Shown here in pieces: positions 54,561-63,899 of a DNA stretch of 64,000 nt. Both the position numbers and the translations under genes were made by a program. The DNA comes from Verrucomicrobiales bacterium (GTDB lineage Bacteria > Verrucomicrobiota > Verrucomicrobiia > Limisphaerales > UBA9464): NCBI GenBank assembly GCA_027483345.1, contig JAIXUV010000080.1, positions 1,679 to 65,678 of the forward strand. Direction: 5' to 3'. The notes under the pieces are model-generated. The model ran no database searches. It was given only the letters and a program-made list of their open reading frames with translations, and had not been told where the DNA came from. Each line of letters opens with the position of its first letter. Position 1 is the first letter of the stretch.

Positions 54561-57020
54561 TCAGAGGGAGTGCGTGTGTTCCCGTTCCCGCTTCCGACTT
54601 CTCTGAGCATCCGTGGCCTCACGCAGTCCGGCAGTGCCGGCCAAGTCGATGGCGTTGGTTTTGGCCTGCGATTGCTCCATTGCGCGAATCGCGTCGCGCA
54701 GATTTGCCTCTCCGGCTTGTTCGCGGCTGAGAAACAGCTTGGTCCATTCCCGCGCGCGACTCACCTGCACGTACGTGGCTTCACGCGACTGCATGGAGTC
54801 CGAGAAGTGCACAAATGCCCTTTCCACCGTGGCCCCCTGTGATTTGTGGGTGGTGGTCGCGTAACCGAGCCGGACATGCTCGTGGTTCAAGGGGACAAAC
54901 ACCCGCTTGAAGTCGTGGTCGAGTTGGACGATCGCCGATCCGCGACGCTCTTCCACCAAGGTGCCAAAGGTTCCGTTCTTGACGCCTAGTTTTCGGTCAT
55001 TGCGCCCGAAGATCACGCGGTCGCCCGGAAAGAACTCCCTGCCACCGATCACGCAGGGTTTGGCTCCGAGTTTGCCCGCGTCGCGTCGTAGCTGCTGCGC
55101 TTCCCGATTCAGCCAGTTTACCTCCTCACGTGTGCCGGCCAGGATCAGCACCTTTGGCAGGTTGAGTTCCTTCGCCCATTCGGTGAGCAAGGCACGGGAA
55201 GCTCCTTCGGCGGTTGCCGCGACGTGGAGCAGTCCCTGCTTTTGAAGAATCGCCACACCTTTCCGCACATCGCCGTCAGCGAATTCCCGGACCAAGTCCC
55301 GACCCCACTGCGCGAACTGACGACGAATGTCCGTCAACTGAGCCATTCCCAGAAACTTTCCGAGGCTGCGGAAGGGCGCACCGGCTTCAATGGCGGGAAG
55401 CTGGCGGTGGTCGCCCACCAAAATGACCCGACAGCACGCCGTCTCGGCGTGTTTCAGGAGCTCGGCTAGGCGTCGGGTACCCACCATGGCAGCCTCGTCG
55501 ATGACCAGCACCGTCTTAGCGTTGAGCCGAGGAACCTCCGAGCGATGCTTTGCCCACTGGTGCAGGAGACGGGCGATGGTGTGGCTCGGGATTCCTGAGG
55601 CTTCCTGTAGTCCGTCGGCGGCCTTACCGCTGAGGGCGCATCCAATTACCTGGTATCCCTCCGCCTCAAAGCCTTCCCGCGCTGCTTTCAAGGCGGTGCT
55701 CTTCCCGGTACCCGCCAGCCCCTGCACCACCTGGATGGTGCCGGGACGCTGGGTCATGTGGCGCAGTGCGGCTTCTTGCTCGGGGGACAGAGTATGCCGA
55801 GGCAAAATCTTACCCAGAGTGGTGTGGGCCAAAGTTTGCCGCATGCTATCACGCCCGGCGAGCGCCTTGGCGATGATCTCTCGCTCAAGATCCAAGGTGG
55901 CCTGTGTTGTGAACTGCCGTTCCCCAGCGAACACACCGAGTGGGATCAGCTGTTTCAGTCCGTCTCGCACTGCCGCCAGAATCCGATCTACGGGAATCCC
56001 CATTGCCTGGCTCTTCTCGGCGACGCCGCGCACGATTTCTCGCTCTGAGAAAAAGCTGTGCCGTTCCAGCACTGATTCAACGGTTTGGGTAAAGAATCGG
56101 GCGGGAACTTGCTCTGGAACCCGGGTGTGTCCCGGACGCAGCAGATTGCGGATTTGCTCCAATCCGAAACCATGTCGGGCTGCGATCCTTCCCCATTGCT
56201 CGAAGAGCTTTTCTCGGGGGACGATTTCTTTGGCGCTCCGAGTGTCACGCGCGGCCCGCTTGGCTGCCTTGGCGCTTGAAAAACCGACCTTTTCCAGCGC
56301 TTCCAGGATCTCATGTCGCCGACTACTGCCAGCTTCGCACAGGCTGGCGGGAACACCGCTGACTTCAAACCACGACTGTTTGGCTTCAAGCGCCAAACCC
56401 AAGCGCTGGCGCAACTGGCTCGCCAACTCCGCTCGATAAACCGCCCCGGCGGCCATTTTGGCCTTGTAGATCTCCTTCGTGGAGAGGGTTCGAGCACGCC
56501 CCTCGGTGATGCCGGTGTTAACAAGAACGACGTGAATGTGGAGCTGCGGATCCAAGTTCCGACTGGTTCCGTGTTCGAAGGCTGCCCACAAAAGAAGCAC
56601 TGGAACACGGCCGTTGCCGCCAAGTCCTTCCCGACCGAAGGCGACCGTTTCCTGCAGGTAGGCCATCGCCCGTTCCACCGCGGCCCACTGTGCATCACGA
56701 ATGGCTCGTTCTAGGTTGGGTAGTCCACACGATGCTGCCCAGAGTTCACTGACGCTTTTCGGAGCGGAAAAGGTCAGATCGGTCCCCGGCCTGCGGCTGG
56801 CCTCCCCAGAGTTCTTGAAGTAGGCGGTTTGGCGGTCAGGGCTGAACCCGGCCATGAGGTTCCGGTAGACCTGAGGGCCCACATCGCCGGACAGGCCGAG
56901 GGCTTTAGCCCCCTCCCCCAACCACTTTCCAAAGGGTTCCCCACCATTCAAATAGTAGTCATCCTTCCCCATCAAGGTGTAGTACGAGCCATCACCGTGG
57001 ATTTGACTGATGGAAAGCAT
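54561..57020 (-). CDS. MOBF-type relaxase (TrwC domain) fused to a RecD-like helicase
   Basis: N-terminal Tyr pairs (GSYYTL, DDYYL) and His triad DPQLHIHVVLVN. Helicase Walker A VQGLAGTGKST and Walker B VLVIDEAAMV. C-terminal YATTTHKSQG. Confidence 0.9.
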   Translation of the reverse strand: MLSISQIHGDGSYYTLMGKDDYYLNGGEPFGKWLGEGAKALGLSGDVGPQVYRNLMAGFSPDRQTAYFKNSGEASRRPGTDLTFSAPKSVSELWAASCGLPNLERAIRDAQWAAVERAMAYLQETVAFGREGLGGNGRVPVLLLWAAFEHGTSRNLDPQLHIHVVLVNTGITEGRARTLSTKEIYKAKMAAGAVYRAELASQLRQRLGLALEAKQSWFEVSGVPASLCEAGSSRRHEILEALEKVGFSSAKAAKRAARDTRSAKEIVPREKLFEQWGRIAARHGFGLEQIRNLLRPGHTRVPEQVPARFFTQTVESVLERHSFFSEREIVRGVAEKSQAMGIPVDRILAAVRDGLKQLIPLGVFAGERQFTTQATLDLEREIIAKALAGRDSMRQTLAHTTLGKILPRHTLSPEQEAALRHMTQRPGTIQVVQGLAGTGKSTALKAAREGFEAEGYQVIGCALSGKAADGLQEASGIPSHTIARLLHQWAKHRSEVPRLNAKTVLVIDEAAMVGTRRLAELLKHAETACCRVILVGDHRQLPAIEAGAPFRSLGKFLGMAQLTDIRRQFAQWGRDLVREFADGDVRKGVAILQKQGLLHVAATAEGASRALLTEWAKELNLPKVLILAGTREEVNWLNREAQQLRRDAGKLGAKPCVIGGREFFPGDRVIFGRNDRKLGVKNGTFGTLVEERRGSAIVQLDHDFKRVFVPLNHEHVRLGYATTTHKSQGATVERAFVHFSDSMQSREATYVQVSRAREWTKLFLSREQAGEANLRDAIRAMEQSQAKTNAIDLAGTAGLREATDAQRSRKREREHTHSL

Positions 57021-57028
57021 AGTGCCCT

Positions 57029-57322
57029 TTAACCTTTGAGGGTCTGTTCAACCCAGTCCTTCGCCTGCTCGTGACTGAAGCGGCCGAATACCACCAGCGC
57101 TGAGCGCAAAACCTTCCGCAGCTCCTGGCGAAGCTCGGTGACCTGTTGCTCCTGTCGGTCAAGCCGAACCTGAACGCCGCCTACGACCTGTTCCGCATGG
57201 AGCGCCTGGAGCATGAGTTCGCGGGCATAGCTGCCGGGAGATCCGCCATTAGTGGAACGCGCCAGCAACTGAGCATAGTGCTCATCGGCGACTCGGAATG
57301 AGATGATTCTTCCTTTGCTCAC
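57029..57322 (-). CDS. MobC/RHH relaxosome accessory protein
   Basis: GRIISFRVADEHYAQLLARS...SYARELMLQAL, immediately upstream of the relaxase. Confidence 0.65.
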   Translation of the reverse strand: MSKGRIISFRVADEHYAQLLARSTNGGSPGSYARELMLQALHAEQVVGGVQVRLDRQEQQVTELRQELRKVLRSALVVFGRFSHEQAKDWVEQTLKG

Positions 57323-57429
57323 GTTTGTTTACTCCTTTGGCTTGTTGACGGCTGTTATGGGCTTGTATCAATAGGATGTGCGGTTTACGGCGGCTGTTTG
57401 TCGGCACGTTGTGCCTCCGGTGTGGGGTT

Positions 57430-58030
57430 CTAGATTAAAGGGTTAATAGTTGCGGATTTTTCCGGATAGTCTTGAGGGTCCAGGATGGACAAAACACCGG
57501 TAAAGAAGGGCTCCAGATTGGGCGGGAAATGGAACAATGAGTCGATGATGAGAAGTTGTCGGCTGGCGGATGGCTGCTGAAATGGAAAGGAAGATGGGAG
57601 CAGGCAAATAGGCTGAGAGTGCCGCCCTGCATGGAGCCGAGAGGCTCCGTCCCGGCTTGTTCCGGGACAAATGGAGTCCGAGGAGGGGCCCAAGAAGAGC
57701 CCGACGACGAGGACCGATTTCCGAAACAAGTGGCCTTCGGAGGTTTGCCCTCGCAATGCCCGATGAACGGAAGGACGCGACACCAGTGCATTCGTCCGCC
57801 TGCGTAGGTAGGGGCGACCACCGCCCTGCTTTCCAAAGGCGGCGGTCAAGGCGGGAATCACTTTGACTCGGCTGGAGCATGAGGCGTGAGGGGCGGTAGT
57901 GGACATTCGGACGGTGCGTGAAAGGTGGCCCGAGACGGTTGCCAAACGGTCGGAAGGTGGTGGCAGAGCCCTCCGAACTGGGGCCCGAAGGGCAACCAAA
58001 GGGGGGAAGCAAGGCAGCGCTGTCGTTTAG
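57430..58030 (+). other. ~600-nt purine-rich, ORF-implausible region with adjacent perfect hairpins (candidate structured RNA or oriT/leading-region element)
   Basis: All three minus-strand frames are open at once and none looks protein-like. ggagcc-GAGA-ggctcc lies at 57633-57648, directly followed by gtcccgg-cttgtt-ccgggac at 57649-57668. Confidence 0.3.
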
Positions 58031-58272
58031 AAACCCACCAGGCACTGGATTGACGGCCGGGGTGTGCCGACAGTCCCCGCAGCCGTCCCCGCCTTAGACT
58101 TCAGGTTTGCACCGTCAAAGACCAGTTGCCCGTCCCTCGTTCGGCCGATGGGGTGAAGACGATTGGCAGCCAGCAGAGTCCAGACTTCGGCCTCGGACAG
58201 TCGAAGGATTGCCGCGGCGGTGGCCAAGCTGCAGGGGAACACACCGCAAGGTTTGAGAAGTGGAAAGTTCAT
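58027..58272 (-). CDS. small HTH-like protein
   Basis: LATAAAILRLSEAEVWTLLAANRLHPIGRT resembles the excisionase-type HTH and the two modules in the neighbouring gene. Confidence 0.35.
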   Translation of the reverse strand: MNFPLLKPCGVFPCSLATAAAILRLSEAEVWTLLAANRLHPIGRTRDGQLVFDGANLKSKAGTAAGTVGTPRPSIQCLVGF

Positions 58273-58349
58273 GGAGTGGTCCGGTTTGATTCCGCGCAGG
58301 TCGGCGAGGGCGCCCGGCCGGGGTCGGACCGGCCGGGCGAACGGCCCCT

Positions 58350-58997
58350 TCAGATGGCCGCGGCGCCGCGGCTTTTGCGCGCGTTCTTCTCGGCCCAGTG
58401 CTGGTTGATCACAATGGTGGCCTCCGCCAGCCAGGATTCGTTGCTCACCAGCCCCAGGATATACTCCCGGCTATGCAACTTCCGGGCGCGCCGACTCTCG
58501 GCGTTGAGACACTTGAGCGTCCCCGCTTTGCGTAAAGGGGGCAGATCGTGCTTCCTGAACCCCAGGACGTTGGCCACTGCGGCATCGTCGACATTTGCCG
58601 GGAGAAATGTCCCGGTAGTATGGTCGAAGGCCATGGAGGCAAGCATTGCTTCCACCATCCATTGGCCGGTCCCAGCGGGAGCGTCGGGTTTGACGTCGTC
58701 GCGAGCGAGTCCACGCGGACGCTTCTTCGCTTGGACCGAACCGGGGCAATTGAACTGCCGCACGTCACCCCCGTTTAGAAAAGTGGTGGCGTTCAACTGC
58801 CACTTTGGATCGGCTGTCAATCGCAAAAGAGCTACTGTCGAGCAGTACTTCACCGCGAACCTGCTTTCCGGATTCAGATAGAACAACAGGCCAACGCTGG
58901 CGAGGCGGGGTACCTGATACGGTTGGCACCCGATGATGGCGGCGGCGGCTTGGTTGTCGGAACGGGCTTTTAGGCGAACGCATGCTGGGATGTTCAT
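58350..58997 (-). CDS. hypothetical protein with two HTH-like modules
   Basis: AAAAIIGCQPYQVPRLASVGLL and DAAVANVLGFRKHDLPPLRKAGTL. Start set at the internal ATG at 58997. Confidence 0.4.
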   Translation of the reverse strand: MNIPACVRLKARSDNQAAAAIIGCQPYQVPRLASVGLLFYLNPESRFAVKYCSTVALLRLTADPKWQLNATTFLNGGDVRQFNCPGSVQAKKRPRGLARDDVKPDAPAGTGQWMVEAMLASMAFDHTTGTFLPANVDDAAVANVLGFRKHDLPPLRKAGTLKCLNAESRRARKLHSREYILGLVSNESWLAEATIVINQHWAEKNARKSRGAAAI

Positions 58998-59243
58998 GGC
59001 TTCGGAGGCCAGGCGAGAACCGAGCAATGCGGGCAAGGACGAGAGCATCGGTCCTGGAGGGGAGTGTCCTCGCCGCACTGCTTGATTCCTGCGTGTTGGC
59101 ATGATCTATTTTTGCGAGTGCGTTCCCGAACCAGATGGTCCGGACAAGAACGCCCTCTGACACATGCGAGCATCCGGAGAAATCCTGGGGGCCGTGCCCT
59201 TTGGACCGGCAAAAAATCAGCAAATCGTCAGCAACAGGTAGGT

Positions 59244-60548
59244 ATGCCGACCGTCGAACTGATCACCGGTGAGCAACTCCAGGCGCGGCGGGAGGCACTC
59301 GGACTTACTCAGGAGGCTTTCGCCGAGCTCGCGGGCGTCAGCACAAAGACGGTCTCCAACTACGAGTCGAAGGACTTGGTTTCGGGGCGAACCCGTCGCC
59401 TTTGCGAGCATGCCATCACGTTTGAGGAAGAGGCTCGGAAGCCCACCTCCGGCACAGAGGATTTTCCTTGGCTGAGACTAGAGACCAAAAGATGGAGCAA
59501 GGATACCTGCGGACCCGCATCGTTGCTCCGCCCCGAATTTGAGATCGTCCCATTTCACGGCACGCAACGCCTCAGCGACCTTGAAAGCCTGTCAACGTGG
59601 TGCAAAGGCGACTCCAAGTTTTCAGCACGCGCCTATATCGCAGACGGCGGGTTTGGAAAATCACGGCTCGCCCGAGAACTCTGCCATTGGGCCCGGAAAA
59701 GGGGGTGGATTGCTGGGTTCGCTGAACCGGAAGAATTCCGTTCGGGCCAGATGCTGGAATCCGCTCTGGCTGCTTTGAAGACGCCGATGCTGATCGTTGT
59801 GGATTACGCTGGGGACCGCGAAAAGGTGCCGATGCTGGAACGCATCCTTAAAGCATCAGGAGATTGCAAGGCACCCCGCATTCGAGTGTTGATGCTGGAC
59901 CGAGACAGTCTGTGGCTTTCTCGGTTGGAGGCCTTGCTGGGTACCGACGACCGACTGGCGGCCGGGGGCGTAACCCGTCAACCCTGGAAGCTCGACTTGA
60001 AACCGGCGGCGCCGGATGAAGCTGAGCGAAAGGAGACTTACAAGATTGCTGCCACAGTGTTTTCTGATCGTTTGGGATCGACCCCACTCGTTGCGCCGTC
60101 AGATCTGGCCGATGGTGAGGTCTACCAGAACCTGCTGATGATCCATGCGCGCGCGTTGGTTTCACCCAAAAGGAAGACTGGTCCCTCGCGTGATGCTTCA
60201 ATTCTGGATGCGTTGTTGGATCGTGAGCGCAACTACTGGCGAAAGCGCCTTGATGCCATCGGCGGATCAAGACTCCTCCTCAGCAAATTGGAGGAGGCCG
60301 AAGCACTGATTAACCTTCGCCGCGGCGCAAAGACAGCTGACGCCGCGCGGAGTTGGCTGATCAGCTATAAGCCATTTCGGGGACTGCCTCAGGACTCCGT
60401 CGAGGCCATTCTTTCGGTGCTTCGGGAATGTTATCCACTGGGAACCGACGGGATCGGCCCCTTGCAACCGGACTTGTTACGCGAGCACTTCCGGGATGTG
60501 AGTTTCGCCAAGTATCCAAGTTTGCAGCGATGGATCACGAAGTTGTAA
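59244..60548 (+). CDS. XRE-HTH fused to a P-loop (STAND-like) NTPase
   Basis: LQARREALGLTQEAFAELAGVSTKTVSNYE, then Walker A IADGGFGKSRLAREL and Walker B-like MLIVVDYAGD. Start at the internal ATG at 59244. Confidence 0.65.
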   Translation: MPTVELITGEQLQARREALGLTQEAFAELAGVSTKTVSNYESKDLVSGRTRRLCEHAITFEEEARKPTSGTEDFPWLRLETKRWSKDTCGPASLLRPEFEIVPFHGTQRLSDLESLSTWCKGDSKFSARAYIADGGFGKSRLARELCHWARKRGWIAGFAEPEEFRSGQMLESALAALKTPMLIVVDYAGDREKVPMLERILKASGDCKAPRIRVLMLDRDSLWLSRLEALLGTDDRLAAGGVTRQPWKLDLKPAAPDEAERKETYKIAATVFSDRLGSTPLVAPSDLADGEVYQNLLMIHARALVSPKRKTGPSRDASILDALLDRERNYWRKRLDAIGGSRLLLSKLEEAEALINLRRGAKTADAARSWLISYKPFRGLPQDSVEAILSVLRECYPLGTDGIGPLQPDLLREHFRDVSFAKYPSLQRWITKL

Positions 60549-60883
60549 CTCGGCTGACGGATCTCCTCCACGGAGCGGCGCGGAGTGCGGGAGTCAGGAA
60601 GGCTGCTGTTACCTTGGTTAGTCGCCACCCGGGGATCCTGCTCCCTGTGTTGGTGCAGGCTGCGGCCGACCCACGAGGTCGAGAGCAGGCAGATGCCGTT
60701 CGAATCGTCGGAGATTGGATGAAATCCCAGCCCAGCGTGTCCAATCTCGGATTGCTATTTGGCCTGCTTCCAGACGGATCGCCCCAAGTATGTACCATTG
60801 TTGCTTGCGGTGGCCTGCAGTTTGACGCGTTCGACCCAGCTCAGGTCCCGGAATGGGAGAATGCTTCGCGAAGCAATTCGTAG
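60530..60883 (+). CDS. hypothetical protein, or a frameshifted continuation of the NTPase
   Basis: ATG overlaps the upstream gene by 19 nt. Helical composition. See the frameshift finding at 59244-61409. Confidence 0.3.
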   Translation: MDHEVVTRLTDLLHGAARSAGVRKAAVTLVSRHPGILLPVLVQAAADPRGREQADAVRIVGDWMKSQPSVSNLGLLFGLLPDGSPQVCTIVACGGLQFDAFDPAQVPEWENASRSNS

Positions 60884-61409
60884 TTCCCTGGCCGACACCC
60901 TCAGGAAAGTTGGGCACGCCCGGGAAGCGGAGCCCCTCGCACGAAGGGCCGCGGCGGAACTCAGCCAAAGGACCTTGGCGAGCCTGGCGGAGCTTGCGAA
61001 AAAGAATGATCGCGACTATCTCCGGCCATACTTGGAGGAGCTGATCTTGTTTGGCAGCTATTCGTTGGCCGCAGACCGATTGAGGGAATCCCGCGATGCC
61101 GCACGCCTGGCGTTCGAGATTATTCCACCGTTCGAGTCGGTCAACGGTGGCCGGGACTTTCGGATAGAGGGCAAGGCATTCCTGCTGGCCAGCCGGATCC
61201 ATGGCATGGACGGGGAGACTGCAAATGCCGTCAAGGCATGCAACACGGCGCTTCGCTGCTTCCGGCACCTCGCGGTGACGGACTTTGAACGAGCTGACTT
61301 GCTCGGGGAGGCCGAAGAAGTTCGGGAAGCATTGAAGGAGCTTCCCAAACGAGCCTGCGGTCGTGTCTCCACCAGCCGAATATCCTCAAGAAAAGCGTCA
61401 GCTGCCTAA
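60861..61409 (+). CDS. helical-repeat (TPR-like) hypothetical protein
   Basis: A/L/R/E-rich helices. It is in the same reading frame as the 59244 NTPase gene. Start set at the internal ATG at 60861. Confidence 0.4.
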   Translation: MLREAIRSSLADTLRKVGHAREAEPLARRAAAELSQRTLASLAELAKKNDRDYLRPYLEELILFGSYSLAADRLRESRDAARLAFEIIPPFESVNGGRDFRIEGKAFLLASRIHGMDGETANAVKACNTALRCFRHLAVTDFERADLLGEAEEVREALKELPKRACGRVSTSRISSRKASAA

Positions 61410-61417
61410 ACTCGGCC

Positions 61418-62569
61418 TTGGGAACCGGCTGCTCGGTTTCCCGTGCGGCCGGGATGCACGACAACCAGCTCGTGCTCACTACTAGCTGTCCACCAGAGCC
61501 TCCGGATCCGGGCTCGACTGATCGGATCACCACTCAACCCGCACTTGAGAGCGTCCTAGGACCGGCCTTCTTGCCGGGCTTGGCCCGCCCTCAAATCGAC
61601 GAGGACCTCATCGATAAGACCGTCGGTTCCAACGCACGTTGGAAACGGTTTCTTGTCATCACCCGACACCGGGAATTGTTCAACACTTGCTGTGGGTCCG
61701 CGATCGTGGAACTCCGCAATGAGTATAGCCGCCTGAAGTATCGGACCATCATGACCTGGTTTCAGGCCCAAGGTTGCCGATGGAAGTATACTTTTACCCC
61801 CGAACGGACTTGGTTCGCAAAGTGGCCCAGTTGGTCCGTCTTCCTTCTCGGGATGGTGCTGTTGGTCGGAACCGGGTTGATGGCCACTTCGATTGTCGGA
61901 GTCTACAAGCTCCTCAGGAACACTCCGGGAGTGGCCGATTCGCCGATTTCCTGCCTCATCATCGCGACCATCGCCGGTGGCTGTGTTTTCGGTGTCAAAT
62001 GCGGCTTGGCTTCGGTTGAAGGTGGAGCCTGGAAGCGGCGCTTTTGCCTGATCTTTACGGCACTCACGGGAGTTCTGACCGTCACCTTCTTCGTCCTGCT
62101 GGCCCTGCTGACGGGCGGTTTGGCTGCGACCGTGGTGCCGGTGGATCATTGGGGTGGTGACATGCCCGTCATCGGACAACCGTGGCTGAGTCCCCACCTC
62201 CAGTATGTTCAGCTCCTGCTGGAGTGGACCGCTTCCCTGACTGTGTTTCTCTTTGGTGATGTCCTGATTGATCGCCACGGGACGCCGAACAGCGACCAAA
62301 ACCCGTTGAAGTTTTTCCGGCATCGCCAGTGGAAGGCGGCTGAAGAGGCCCTCCGGGACGACCGCCAGTCCCGCGGCCGCGCTCGTGGAAACCTGATCCA
62401 ACTGCTGGCCGAACGTAAGGCGTTTGTCGTCAGCGCCCTGGCCAGTTTTGAGCGAAAGGCGGAACTCGCACGACGTCAGGAGGACGGCCTTCGTCGTCAG
62501 CGGGGCGAGCCTGCCGCCGTCCCCACCTCCCGTCTCCGCGCCCTGATTCGTCGTCTGTTCAACCTCTGA
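61418..62569 (+). CDS. membrane protein (about 4 TM) with a charged coiled-coil C-terminus
   Basis: Hydrophobic segments WSVFLLGMVLLVGTGLMATSIV, LIIATIAGGCVFGV, LIFTALTGVLTVTFFVLLALL and LLEWTASLTVFLFG. Confidence 0.5.
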   Translation: MGTGCSVSRAAGMHDNQLVLTTSCPPEPPDPGSTDRITTQPALESVLGPAFLPGLARPQIDEDLIDKTVGSNARWKRFLVITRHRELFNTCCGSAIVELRNEYSRLKYRTIMTWFQAQGCRWKYTFTPERTWFAKWPSWSVFLLGMVLLVGTGLMATSIVGVYKLLRNTPGVADSPISCLIIATIAGGCVFGVKCGLASVEGGAWKRRFCLIFTALTGVLTVTFFVLLALLTGGLAATVVPVDHWGGDMPVIGQPWLSPHLQYVQLLLEWTASLTVFLFGDVLIDRHGTPNSDQNPLKFFRHRQWKAAEEALRDDRQSRGRARGNLIQLLAERKAFVVSALASFERKAELARRQEDGLRRQRGEPAAVPTSRLRALIRRLFNL

Positions 62570-62579
62570 CCCACACGCA

Positions 62580-63899
62580 ATGAAATCCAAATTCTGCATT
62601 CTCTCGATGGCTGCCGCTTCGCTGACGTTCGCCGCCGCCCCTCCGCAGCACCTGATTGTCGCGGTTGCTCCGGACCTTCCTGAACCGGTTCGGCGCGAGG
62701 TCGCAAAAACCGTCGGGGAGGCCTTGATTCGAAGCCCAGCCGGCACCCAGATCACGCTGGTTCAGGCGGATCCACCGAGCAGCGTTGCGGATGTTCGAGT
62801 TCCGGAGGGATCACTCGTTCTCCGTCAGCAATTGGTTGGAAGCTCGATCGCGCGTTTCAATGCCCTGATGAAGGCGGCCACGAATAGCGCCAAGCTCTGG
62901 GTCTTGCCCCGCCTGATCGATGAGGCGGGGAGGAACTGGATCGGCCCAAACGATGTGCTCGTGCTGGTAGGGCCAGCCCTCCATGCGGATCCGCGTCGTC
63001 CGAACTTCAATTTCACCACCAACTGGCCCAGCGATGGCCATCTGCTTGCCGACCCGCAGCGCTCCCCGTTCTCCACGGTCGAGCGGCGCCATCTGCTAGA
63101 GGGTGTCCGTGTATTCTGGGTGGTAACCGATGCTTCGAAGATGGTCAGCGACGAACAGGCCTCGGCGGTTCGTCGGTTCTGGGCGGTGTACTTTGCCCTG
63201 CAAGGCGGCGTGCTGGTCAATTATTCCTCGGATGTCGGCAGCGTATTCGCCAATGCGTCATCGGGACGTTCGAATCCCATGCTGACCGCGGCGATTGATC
63301 CGAAAGACACCAATGTGGTCATGCGTCCGGAGCCGCCGCAGTTGCCGGTTCAGCGTGTGCAGGAGCAGGAACCAAGGGTGGCGAGGGTTCAGGAGAATTC
63401 TCGCACCAACATCGACGCTCACGCGAACATAGTTGAGCCGTTGAAGGTGCCAGATTTTCCAAAGCCGCCTCCGGGCAAGGTGGTGGTTGGCGCGGTGTGG
63501 TGGCGGTCTCTAGGTGAGTCCATGAATGTTGATTTCGACATTTACGTGCGCGTGCCTCGGGACAGGGTGGAATTGTCGTTCCAGCGTACGAATTCCCCAA
63601 GTGGACGCTATTTCCGCGATATCCGACACGCCCAAGGCACGACCACTGGCGATTGGAGAGCCTCGTGGGAAGCGGTCGAGTTGGATGGCGATGAATTGCC
63701 GCCTGAAATGTGGATCAATCTCTATTCTGGCCGTGGTCCCGCCCAAGGCGAAGTCCGGGTGCTGCGCAAAGGTCGGGAACACCGCATCGCCTTCACGTTC
63801 CCGGCAGTGAACGGCAACCGCGGAGTCGACGCTTCCCGCCGCGAACGAAGCGAACACTGGATCCGAATCGACCTGCAACCCATTGCGCGTGAGCCATGA
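62580..63899 (+). CDS. secreted hypothetical protein
   Basis: Signal peptide MKSKFCILSMAAASLTFAAAPP. 439 aa. ATGA overlap with a following ORF. Confidence 0.55.
   Translation: MKSKFCILSMAAASLTFAAAPPQHLIVAVAPDLPEPVRREVAKTVGEALIRSPAGTQITLVQADPPSSVADVRVPEGSLVLRQQLVGSSIARFNALMKAATNSAKLWVLPRLIDEAGRNWIGPNDVLVLVGPALHADPRRPNFNFTTNWPSDGHLLADPQRSPFSTVERRHLLEGVRVFWVVTDASKMVSDEQASAVRRFWAVYFALQGGVLVNYSSDVGSVFANASSGRSNPMLTAAIDPKDTNVVMRPEPPQLPVQRVQEQEPRVARVQENSRTNIDAHANIVEPLKVPDFPKPPPGKVVVGAVWWRSLGESMNVDFDIYVRVPRDRVELSFQRTNSPSGRYFRDIRHAQGTTTGDWRASWEAVELDGDELPPEMWINLYSGRGPAQGEVRVLRKGREHRIAFTFPAVNGNRGVDASRRERSEHWIRIDLQPIAREP

Larger units (their letters stand above)
52861..57430 (-). mobile_element. mobilisation (MOB) module: MobC, relaxase-helicase and T4CP, with a candidate oriT upstream
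   Basis: Gene content as above. A small palindrome ggcac-gtt-gtgcc at 57403-57415 lies upstream of mobC. No VirB-like mating-pore genes occur in the window. Confidence 0.6.

Noticed and set aside
55390-56439. 349-aa plus-strand ORF antisense to the relaxase-helicase
   Set aside because: Its S/R/A/P-rich translation lies opposite a gene with unambiguous relaxase and helicase motifs.
57430-58045. Three overlapping 133-200-aa minus-strand ORFs
   Set aside because: All three frames are open only because the plus strand is purine-rich and lacks the trinucleotides that give stops. None reads like a protein. The region is kept as a non-coding candidate instead.
61556-62755. 399-aa minus-strand ORF opposite the membrane-protein gene
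   Set aside because: It has G/R/D-rich shadow composition. The plus-strand ORF has clear TM segments and tight spacing to its neighbours.
63264-63278. tRNA T-arm-like string ggacgttcgaatccc
   Set aside because: The flanks cannot form a T-stem or acceptor stem, and the string lies inside a well-supported CDS.
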